From Longimicrobiales bacterium (lineage in GTDB: Bacteria; Gemmatimonadota; Gemmatimonadetes; Longimicrobiales; Gaopeijiaceae), in the NCBI GenBank assembly GCA_965226375.1, contig CBDDCX010000006.1, positions 96,001 through 160,000 on the forward strand: 64,000 nucleotides of DNA, read 5' to 3'. The notes beneath the pieces are model-generated. The model was given only the letters and a program-made list of their open reading frames with translations. It was not told the origin of the DNA and did no database searches. Both the position numbers and the translations under genes were made by a program. Shown in pieces: positions 56,207 through 64,000 of the stretch. How positions within the stretch are numbered: position 1 is the first letter of the stretch; each line of letters opens with the position of its first letter.

Positions 56207-57346
56207 TCAGTTCGTACCGGCCCCGGCGCCGGCCTCGACCTGATCGAAGGCCTCGGCCAACCTCACCAAAGCCTCCGACAGCTCCTCTGCCGGCGGGCCG
56301 AACCCCAGCCGCAGGTACCCGTCCATACCGAAGTGGTCTCCCGGTACCACCAGAATGTCCATGTCCGTCCGTAACATCTCCGCGAACTGCGTGGAGTTCA
56401 CCGGCGTGTTGTAGCGGGCATAGCAAATGGCTCCCGCGTCGGGCCGCCGATACGAGAAGCGGCTCTCCTGGCCGTCCATCCACGCCGTCAACAAGCCCAG
56501 ATTTTCGTTGAGTATGCCCCTCGTTCGGGTCAGGATCTTCTGCCGGGTCGAGGGCTCCAGGGCCAGGCAGGCGAGGGTATCGGACAAGTTGGCCGGGGCG
56601 ATCGTGGTGTAGTCGGTGCGCCCCCACATGGCCTCCATGATATCGGGCGGCCCGAGGACCCAGCCCAGGCGCAGCCCCGGAAGGCCGTAGGCCTTGGACA
56701 GAGAGTTCGTGACGATCACACGCTCGGTCCGGCCCCAAAAGGAAGGGGTCTGCTCACCGACGACTTCGGCTCCTTGATAGACCTCGTCCGACAGGATCCA
56801 TGCACCGTGCCGCTCTGCCAGCGTCACGATTCCGGACATGGACTCTGGGCTCATGACCGCGCCCGTAGGATTGCTCGGGTTTGTGATCAGAATGGAGCGT
56901 GCCCCCTCTTCCAGGCAGCGCTCGAGCACGTCCAGGTCGGGCTGCCACCCTGTCTCCTCCAAGAGGTGAAAGGGCAGGATCGGCGCTTGGAAGCTCTCCA
57001 GCAGACCGGGTACCTGCATATAGTTGGGAAGCATCACGGCGGTCGGGGCCTCCGGATCGAGAAGGTGCCAGAACGCGGTGAAGTTGGCCTCGGCACCCCC
57101 GATGGTCACCAGCACCGACGCCTCGGTCGCCCGCGGGTACAGCGCGGCGATGCGAGCTCTGAGCTCGTCGCTACCGTTCGACTGCCCGTAGCCAAGACGC
57201 ACGTCCAGAGTCTCAGGCCCACGGTCGGCCAACTCCAGGAGCTCCGAGACCGAGAGTGGATGTACCCCGCTCTCCGAAAGGTTGAATCTCACGCGGTGCT
57301 CGTACGTGGACTGCCACCGCTCCATCGTGAAGGGGCTGTACCGCAC
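56207..57346 (-). CDS. PLP-dependent aminotransferase class I/II
   Basis: NPSNPTG, SDEVY, SLSKAYGLPGLRLGW. RBS AGGAGG before the GTG at 57346. Confidence 0.92.
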   Translation of the reverse strand: MRYSPFTMERWQSTYEHRVRFNLSESGVHPLSVSELLELADRGPETLDVRLGYGQSNGSDELRARIAALYPRATEASVLVTIGGAEANFTAFWHLLDPEAPTAVMLPNYMQVPGLLESFQAPILPFHLLEETGWQPDLDVLERCLEEGARSILITNPSNPTGAVMSPESMSGIVTLAERHGAWILSDEVYQGAEVVGEQTPSFWGRTERVIVTNSLSKAYGLPGLRLGWVLGPPDIMEAMWGRTDYTTIAPANLSDTLACLALEPSTRQKILTRTRGILNENLGLLTAWMDGQESRFSYRRPDAGAICYARYNTPVNSTQFAEMLRTDMDILVVPGDHFGMDGYLRLGFGPPAEELSEALVRLAEAFDQVEAGAGAGTN

Positions 57347-57483
57347 GTCCGGTTCCTCCTGGTTCTGAGGTCTGGTGTGTCGCTGCCTGCGGACGTACCC
57401 CCACGCGTCGATTCGGCTCCACGGACTCGCTATGTTCTCTGTGTGGTGTCCCATCTCCTCTCACAAGTGATCGGCACGGATCC

Positions 57484-58698
57484 ATGACGCACACCTCGCT
57501 CCCTCACGACCTCGCGCTTCGAGGTGTCGATGGCGGAACGATCATCCTGGTGGTGCTCGATGGCCTCGGCGGCCTACCCCATCCGGAGACGGGCAGGACG
57601 GAACTGGAGTCGGCTGCGACTCCCAACCTCGATGCTCTTGCGGCCAGGAGCTCGCTTGGCATGATCATGCCTGTGGCCGAGGGGATCACGCCGGGGAGCG
57701 GTCCGGGGCATCTCTCGCTCTTTGGATATGACCCCGTCGCCTCCATGATCGGGCGCGGAGTCCTGAGCGCTCTGGGCGTCGGGTTCGATCTGCGCCCCGG
57801 CGACGTGGCAGCTCGTTTGAACCTGGCCACGGTCGATGGGGACGGCGTGGTGACGGACCGTCGGGCAGGGCGCCCCTCCGACGAGGATGGACGGCGAGTT
57901 GTGGAGAAGGTGCGGGCCGAGATCCGTGCGCCCGACGGTGTCGAGGTCACGCTGATTCATGAGAAGGAGCACCGAGCGGTCCTCGTGCTGCGCGGGAATG
58001 GGTTGGGCGCCGACCTCGAGGACACGGATCCGCAGCGAACGGGCCTCAGACCGGTCCCGGTCACCGCCACCGCACACGCGTCATCTGCCACGGCGGGGAT
58101 GATTCAGGGTCTTCTCGATCAGGTCGGCGAGATTCTCGCGGAGGAGCCGCGGGCCAACTCCTTCCTGGCCCGGGGGTTTGCGCAGTTGTCGCCCTATCCG
58201 AGCTTTTTGGAGCGATATGGCCTGAACGCCGTGGCCGTGGCCAAGTACCCCATGTACAGGGGGGTGGCGAGCCTGGTGGGAATGGCAGTGGACGGCGTGC
58301 CTGGATCCAACGAAGAGACCTTGCGCGTCCTGGAGGGACACTACGGTGACTACGACTTCTACTTCGTCCACTTCAAGGACCCCGACTCACTGGGTCACGA
58401 CGGTGACTTCGAGGGTAAGGCCAACGCCATAGCGGCGGTGGACGCGCTCCTCCCGAGAATCACCGACTTGAAGCCCGACGTGCTCATCGTTACGGGAGAC
58501 CATTCCACGCCCGCGCTCTACCGTGAACACTCCTGGCACCACGTGCCGACCCTCATCGCCTCCGCTTGGTCACGGCCCTCTGCGGCGGAGTTCGGCGAGA
58601 CGGCGTGCCGGGGCGGGGACCTCGGCATCATCCCAGGCAAGGATCTGATGGCGCTTGCCTTGGCGCATGCCCTGCGGCTGGAGAAGTACGGCGCCTGA
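57484..58698 (+). CDS. apgM: 2,3-bisphosphoglycerate-independent phosphoglycerate mutase (archaeal/ApgM type)
   Basis: VLDGLGG...TELESAATPNLD, PGSGPGHLSLFGYDP, DSLGHDG, TGDHSTP. Confidence 0.88.
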   Translation: MTHTSLPHDLALRGVDGGTIILVVLDGLGGLPHPETGRTELESAATPNLDALAARSSLGMIMPVAEGITPGSGPGHLSLFGYDPVASMIGRGVLSALGVGFDLRPGDVAARLNLATVDGDGVVTDRRAGRPSDEDGRRVVEKVRAEIRAPDGVEVTLIHEKEHRAVLVLRGNGLGADLEDTDPQRTGLRPVPVTATAHASSATAGMIQGLLDQVGEILAEEPRANSFLARGFAQLSPYPSFLERYGLNAVAVAKYPMYRGVASLVGMAVDGVPGSNEETLRVLEGHYGDYDFYFVHFKDPDSLGHDGDFEGKANAIAAVDALLPRITDLKPDVLIVTGDHSTPALYREHSWHHVPTLIASAWSRPSAAEFGETACRGGDLGIIPGKDLMALALAHALRLEKYGA

Positions 58699-58710
58699 TG
58701 AACGACTTCG

Positions 58711-59586
58711 ATGAAGGGCCAGAGCGGGACCCCCCAGGAGCCTGAAGGCGCGTCGGATCAGGAGTTCGATCACGCCCTGCAGTCGGGTGACGAAGGTGAT
58801 TGGGAGGGTATGGCCGAGTACCTGCGTGAGGCGCTCGAGCGTTATCCCGGTGACCCGGCCGTGCTCTGCTGGTTGGGTGTGGCCGAACGTGAGTTGGGCA
58901 TGGAGGGCATCGCCTACGAGCGCTTCAGGGCCTGCGTGGCTGCCGAGCCCAATGACCCGCACATACTGGCCGTCGCCGGGACGGGACTGGCCCGCTTCGA
59001 TGACCCGGCTGCGGAGTCGATATTGCGCACCGCGGCTCTCACCGGAGAGGACATGCCGTTCACGCGCCGTATGTACGGGGCCTACCTGTCCCGCGAGGGC
59101 ATGATCGAAGACGCCCTGCGCGAACTCACGGCGGCACTCGCGCTGTCCCCCGATGACCCGGAAGCGCTCACGGAGTGGGGGGTGGCGCTGGCTCTGGGCG
59201 AGCGACACGACGAGGCCGTAGAGGCGTTCTCGAAGGCTTCGGCGGCCGATCCCGAAGATGGGTGGGCGCGTTCAGTTGCAGGACTGGTGTTGGTGCATCT
59301 GGTCCGGACCGAGGACGCTCTCGCCGACCTCCTCGGGGCGGCGGACCTCCGTCCGGAGGACGTGGAACTGGCGCTTCTGGCAAGGTTGGCGGCCGCGGCG
59401 TCCGGTGAAGAGGAGCCGGCCTATGAACTGGTGGAGAGGGCTCGCCTGCGCGCCATCTCCGGAGATCTCGACCTGGTGGACGCGGTCTTCGACCGTGTGG
59501 AGGAGGGGCACGAGGCGTCCAAGACCTTCCTGGAAGAAGACTTCATTACGGGCGCGTTACGCGAGAGACTCATGACGCGCCCCTGA
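58711..59586 (+). CDS. TPR-repeat protein
   Basis: Repeated helical A/L-rich units ending in P-x-D-P. Confidence 0.8.
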   Translation: MKGQSGTPQEPEGASDQEFDHALQSGDEGDWEGMAEYLREALERYPGDPAVLCWLGVAERELGMEGIAYERFRACVAAEPNDPHILAVAGTGLARFDDPAAESILRTAALTGEDMPFTRRMYGAYLSREGMIEDALRELTAALALSPDDPEALTEWGVALALGERHDEAVEAFSKASAADPEDGWARSVAGLVLVHLVRTEDALADLLGAADLRPEDVELALLARLAAAASGEEEPAYELVERARLRAISGDLDLVDAVFDRVEEGHEASKTFLEEDFITGALRERLMTRP

Positions 59587-59688
59587 TCGGAAACTATGTT
59601 TCGTGCATCTGTTATGAGCGGGTGGCTCCGCGTCGTGGCCTCGCACGACGCCGGTACGGCCCGCTCTTTCATGCATGGTGGGGTAGGG

Positions 59689-61107
59689 ATGCTGCGAGTC
59701 GTCGAAGGGTGTCTGGTCGCCCTCACCTTCCTGGCCGTCTGGCCCAACGTCGTTTCGGCACAGGAGGAGGCCATGCATGAAGCCCTGCAGGAAGCCCGGC
59801 GGGTGTACATCCCGTACACCCAGTTCACCCTCGATAACGGCCTCAACGTGATCGTCCACCGGGATCGGTCGTTGCCGGTCGTCGCAGTGAATCTCTGGTA
59901 TCACGTGGGGTCCAGGAACGAGCGTCCCGGACGCACCGGGTTCGCCCATCTCTTCGAGCACATCATGTTCGAGGGGTCGGCCAACGTGCCCGAAGGGGAC
60001 ATCGACAACCTCTTGGAGGCGGCGGGCGGGGCACCCAATGGGTCGACCACTACGGACCGCACCAACTATGTGGAGACGGTCTCCTCCAACGCCCTCGAAC
60101 TCGCACTGTGGATCGAGGCGGACCGCATGGGCTGGTTGTTGGACGCCATGACGCAGGAGAAGCTCGACGTCCAGCGCGACGTGGTGAAGAACGAGCGGCG
60201 CCAGAGCTACGACAACCGGCCGTACGGGACCGCGTTCGAGACCATCTCCGCGAATCTGTACCCTGCGAACCACCCATACCACTGGCCGGTCATCGGCTAT
60301 ATGGAAGACCTGAGTGCGGCCACCCTGGAAGATGTGAGCGACTTTTTCCGGACGTACTACGCGCCCAACAACGCCAGCCTGGCCATAGCCGGGAACGTGC
60401 GGGTCTCCGAGGTCAAGGAGCTGGCTGCGAAGTACTTCGACGACATCCCGGCCGGCCCACCCATTCCTGACGTGGAGGTCCCGGATCCCACACTCTCCGC
60501 CGACCGTTATGTGGTTCTGGAGGACGACGTCCAACTAGCACGGCTCTACATGGCGTGGCACTCGCCCGAGGCGTACAGCCAGGGCGACGCCAACATGGAG
60601 GTTGTCGGGTCCGTGCTGGCGGAGGGGAAGAGTTCCAGACTCTATCGCCGTTTGGTACTGGATGAGCAGGTCGCCCAGGACGTTGTTGCGTTCCAGAGCC
60701 CGGCCGAGATCGGATCGAGGTTCGTCGTGATGGTCACTGCCAACCTGGAAGGATCGCTGGAAGGCCTGGAACGGGCGGTGCGGGAGGAGATCAGCAAGCT
60801 CGTGGACAACGGTGTCACTGCAATGGAGATGGAGCGGTCTATCAATCAAATCGAGGCGGGGTTCGTGCAGGCTCTGGAGCGGGTCGGAGGCTTCAGCGGT
60901 AAGGCCGAGCGCCTGAACGAGTACTACTTTCTCACCGGCAATCCGGGCTTCGTGCGCCGAGATTTCGAGCGTTACCGCCGACTTTCGGGGGAAACCGTGA
61001 GGGAGCATGCACGGAGCTATCTACATACGGCACACGGAGTGGTCCTCTCGGTGATTCCCCGTGGCAGAGCGGACCTGGCCGTGCCGGTGCGGGGCGGAAG
61101 TGGGTAG
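59689..61107 (+). CDS. M16 zinc metallopeptidase, catalytic subunit (secreted)
   Basis: GFAHLFEHIMF (HxxEH), DRTNY, VVKNERRQ. Signal peptide; start uncertain. Confidence 0.92.
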   Translation: MLRVVEGCLVALTFLAVWPNVVSAQEEAMHEALQEARRVYIPYTQFTLDNGLNVIVHRDRSLPVVAVNLWYHVGSRNERPGRTGFAHLFEHIMFEGSANVPEGDIDNLLEAAGGAPNGSTTTDRTNYVETVSSNALELALWIEADRMGWLLDAMTQEKLDVQRDVVKNERRQSYDNRPYGTAFETISANLYPANHPYHWPVIGYMEDLSAATLEDVSDFFRTYYAPNNASLAIAGNVRVSEVKELAAKYFDDIPAGPPIPDVEVPDPTLSADRYVVLEDDVQLARLYMAWHSPEAYSQGDANMEVVGSVLAEGKSSRLYRRLVLDEQVAQDVVAFQSPAEIGSRFVVMVTANLEGSLEGLERAVREEISKLVDNGVTAMEMERSINQIEAGFVQALERVGGFSGKAERLNEYYFLTGNPGFVRRDFERYRRLSGETVREHARSYLHTAHGVVLSVIPRGRADLAVPVRGGSG

Positions 61108-61177
61108 CCGTGGCCAGGACCGGTTCGAACCGACGAGACACCTATGGCGGAGTCGTATTTGCGCGCACCGGGGTGTC

Positions 61178-62689
61178 ATGAGAACGATGCTCGGTTTGGC
61201 GGTAGGGGCCGGGTTGGGAGCGGGGTTGGCCGGGTGTTCGGTGAGTGCTTCGGGAGGCGGGGGCGCAGGATCTGTGAGCATCGCTAACGACCGGAACGAG
61301 GAGGACATGCCGGAGACCTTCGACCGAACCGTCCCACCGTCGGTGGGCTCCCCGCCGTCCATGAACGTTCCCCGGCGGCAGATCTTCGAGCTCTCCAACG
61401 GCCTTCCCGTTCATGTGGTCGAGAATGACGATCTCCCTATCGTGAGCGTGGAGATCCACATCGAGGGCGGAGGCCGCGTGGGCACGCCCGGGCTCGCTGC
61501 CCTCTTGGCCGACATGCTCGACGAGGGGACGACCACACGAAGCGCCGTTGAGCTGGCAGAAGAGATCGAGCGCCTCGGTGCCCGACTGTCCACCGGGGCC
61601 GGCAGGGACGGCTCGGTGGTCAGCCTGGGAGTCCTGAGGCCCCAGTTGCACAGGGCGCTAGAGCTACTGGCCGACGTTGTGCTGAATCCCGCCTTCGACC
61701 AGGCCGAGCTCGATCGGGTGAAACGACAGCGGATTACGCGCATCTTGCAGAGCCGCGATGAAGCCCGGGACCTGGCCGATAACGCTTTTGCGGACCGGCT
61801 GTACCAAGCCGGCAGTCCCTACGGGTTGCCGCTCCTCGGCACGGATCAGGCCCTCCAATCGGTTGGGCGTGCCGATCTGGTTGCACTGTACGAGCAGACG
61901 TTCAGGGCAGGCAACATGGCGGTGGTGGTGGTCGGCGACGTAGAGCGGGATGAGCTCGAGGAACGACTCGAGGCTACCCTGGGCTCTGTGCCTTCCGGCC
62001 CGAGAGGGAACTTCGTCAACCAATCTCCTCGGGTGATCGCCGGACCGGCCATCTATGTGGTAGACAAACCGGGCGCCGCTCAGTCGGAGGTCCGTATCGG
62101 CCGAGTAGCCGTCGATAGGGGCACTCCCGACTACTTCCCGCTCGTGGTCATGAACACCATTCTGGGCGGGGCCTTCACGAGCCGGCTGAACGCGAACCTT
62201 CGTGAGGACAAGGGCTACACCTACGGCGCGCGCTCAGGCTTTGCCATGCGCCGTGAGCCGGGACCGTTCGTGGCTCGGGCGGCCGTGAATACGCCGGTCA
62301 CCGACAAAGCCGTGGTGGAGTTCCTGCGCGAACTGCGGAGACTCGTCGATGATCCTGTAAGTGACGTCGAGCTCAATAGGGCGCGTAAGTTTCTGGCTCT
62401 GCGGCTGCCTCAGCGTTTCGAGACGGTCTCGGGTGTGGCCGGCCAGATCGCCGACCAGGTGCTGAACGGTCTTGCCGAGGACTACTGGGAGACATACGTG
62501 GATGGGGTGATGGAGGTCACGGCCCAGGATGTGCGGCGCGTGGCCGCCGAGTACCTGGATCCTGCCGAGATGGTCATCGTCATTGCCGGCGATTACTCTG
62601 CGATTCAAGAAGGGCTGGATGGGTTGGGCTTGGGTTCCGTGACTTTGATGACAGATCCGACGGTAATGGACGACTCCCCCCAGTCCTGA
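61178..62689 (+). CDS. M16 peptidase non-catalytic partner subunit
   Basis: M16 fold without HxxEH. LGGAFTSRLNANLREDKGYTYG. Possible lipobox LAGC; alternative start at 61307. Confidence 0.88.
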   Translation: MRTMLGLAVGAGLGAGLAGCSVSASGGGGAGSVSIANDRNEEDMPETFDRTVPPSVGSPPSMNVPRRQIFELSNGLPVHVVENDDLPIVSVEIHIEGGGRVGTPGLAALLADMLDEGTTTRSAVELAEEIERLGARLSTGAGRDGSVVSLGVLRPQLHRALELLADVVLNPAFDQAELDRVKRQRITRILQSRDEARDLADNAFADRLYQAGSPYGLPLLGTDQALQSVGRADLVALYEQTFRAGNMAVVVVGDVERDELEERLEATLGSVPSGPRGNFVNQSPRVIAGPAIYVVDKPGAAQSEVRIGRVAVDRGTPDYFPLVVMNTILGGAFTSRLNANLREDKGYTYGARSGFAMRREPGPFVARAAVNTPVTDKAVVEFLRELRRLVDDPVSDVELNRARKFLALRLPQRFETVSGVAGQIADQVLNGLAEDYWETYVDGVMEVTAQDVRRVAAEYLDPAEMVIVIAGDYSAIQEGLDGLGLGSVTLMTDPTVMDDSPQS

Positions 62690-62714
62690 CCCCTCGAGGA
62701 GCGACTACACCTTT

Positions 62715-64000
62715 ATGCTGTCGATACCCGTCGAGCGCTTCACCCTGGACAATGGTCTACGCGTCAACCTTTCATCCGATCGCTCCACCCCGGTGGTGGC
62801 GGTCAATCTCTGGTACGCGGTGGGGTCGAGGAACGAGAGGCCCGGAAAGACCGGCTTCGCCCACCTTTTCGAGCACATGATGTTCCAGGGCTCGGAACAC
62901 GTCCCGAAGAACCGGCACTTCGAGTTGGTCGAGAGGGCAGGGGGCACGCTGAACGCTACGACCTGGTTCGACCGCACCAACTACTTCGAGACCGTGCCGT
63001 CGCACCACTTGGAGTTGGCGCTCTGGCTCGAGTCCGACCGGATGGGCTGGATGCTTCCCGCGATGACACAGGAGAAGCTCGACAACCAGCGTGATGTGGT
63101 CATGAACGAGAAGCGTCAGCGCTACGACAATCAGCCCTACGGCGACTGGGACGAGTGGATCCAGGCCATGGTCTACCCTGAGACCCATCCCTACCACCAC
63201 ACGGTGATCGGCTCGATGGACGACATCGAAGCGGCCACCCTGGAAGACGTCGCCGAGTTCTTCGAGACGTTCTATGTGCCCAACAACGCCATTCTTACCG
63301 TGTGCGGGGACTTCAATCGGGCTGAGGCCCTGGAGATGATCGAGCGGCAGTTCGGAGAGATCCCCAAGGGTGGGGAGATCCCGCCCGTGCCGGGCGAGCC
63401 GGAGTTGAGTCCCACGATCGGCTCCACTGTGCGGGAGCGTGTGGAGGCGGAGGTGCCCCTTCCCAGGGTCCTCCTGGCGCATCGCATCCCTCCCTACACG
63501 GATTCGGCGTACTATGCGGCCGATGTTGCCAGTGCCGTTGCAGGGTCGGGTAGGGCGTCCCGCCTCTACCGGTCTCTAGTGCGCGAGCGGAGGGTGGCCA
63601 AGGACATCGTGAGCCACACCCTCCCGCTCACGTCAGGTGCGGGGATCTTCCTGGTGTGGGCCACCGGCTTTCCCGGATCCGATCCCTCGGAGTTGGAATC
63701 GGCTCTGGCCGGTGAGCTCGAGGGCCTCGAGTCCGTACGCGAGGAGGAAATCCAACGGGCCATCTCCCTCACCGAGACCCACCTCGTTCGTGAGATCCAG
63801 CAGGTTGGGGAGCGGGCCGACCTCCTCTCGATGTTCGACCAGTTCTTCGACGATCCCTCACGCCTCAACAGCGAGCTGGATCGCCTGCGCGCGGTCACGC
63901 CTGCCCAGGTCTCCGACTTCACGAAGAACTTTCTGGGACCCGATAACCGGGCCGTGCTGACGTACGTGCCGGCCACCCACGCACGCAAAGCCAAGGAGGC
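62715..64000 (+). CDS. Second M16 catalytic subunit, no signal peptide (runs off window end)
   Basis: Not in the ORF track. MLSIPVERFTLDNGL...GFAHLFEHMMFQGS...DRTNYFET, open to 64000. Confidence 0.9.
   Translation, partial: MLSIPVERFTLDNGLRVNLSSDRSTPVVAVNLWYAVGSRNERPGKTGFAHLFEHMMFQGSEHVPKNRHFELVERAGGTLNATTWFDRTNYFETVPSHHLELALWLESDRMGWMLPAMTQEKLDNQRDVVMNEKRQRYDNQPYGDWDEWIQAMVYPETHPYHHTVIGSMDDIEAATLEDVAEFFETFYVPNNAILTVCGDFNRAEALEMIERQFGEIPKGGEIPPVPGEPELSPTIGSTVRERVEAEVPLPRVLLAHRIPPYTDSAYYAADVASAVAGSGRASRLYRSLVRERRVAKDIVSHTLPLTSGAGIFLVWATGFPGSDPSELESALAGELEGLESVREEEIQRAISLTETHLVREIQQVGERADLLSMFDQFFDDPSRLNSELDRLRAVTPAQVSDFTKNFLGPDNRAVLTYVPATHARKAKE

Overview
High-GC bacterial chromosomal segment. 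The gene mix (many ADOP-type permeases with PadR genes, PEP-CTERM, M16/M28/M55 peptidases, sulfocyanin lipoprotein) is consistent with a Gemmatimonadota- or Acidobacteriota-like organism; that taxonomy is inference only. Positions 1-~10.8 kb look like a decaying accessory/defence island: a type I R-M operon (hsdR partial, a DUF433/PIN toxin-antitoxin pair, a disrupted hsdS, a 5'-truncated DUF1524/GmrSD-like gene), an IS3 element, a broken sulfatase, a LicD plus cytidylyltransferase pair and a truncated hydrolase. The rest holds six ADOP (FtsX/MacB-like) permease genes, five linked to PadR genes, two near-identical IS1595-family copies with target-site duplications, a D-peptide/D-amino-acid hydrolase pair, a cysteine synthase-rhodanese fusion, VapBC, an ECF sigma/anti-sigma pair, a GCS2-CBS ligase plus AstE/AspA hydrolase plus SRAP operon, a beta-barrel-cupredoxin fusion, apgM and three M16 peptidase genes. 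There is at least one solitary integron attC site. Several apparent deletion junctions fuse unrelated gene fragments. Best candidates for an undescribed system: (1) PadR subtype co-varies with the N-terminal prefix of its partner permease, suggesting cognate sensor/repressor pairs; (2) the CBS-gated ligase plus deacylase operon; (3) a PIN toxin-antitoxin pair in the PrrC position of a type I R-M operon. No rRNA, tRNA or CRISPR array was seen.
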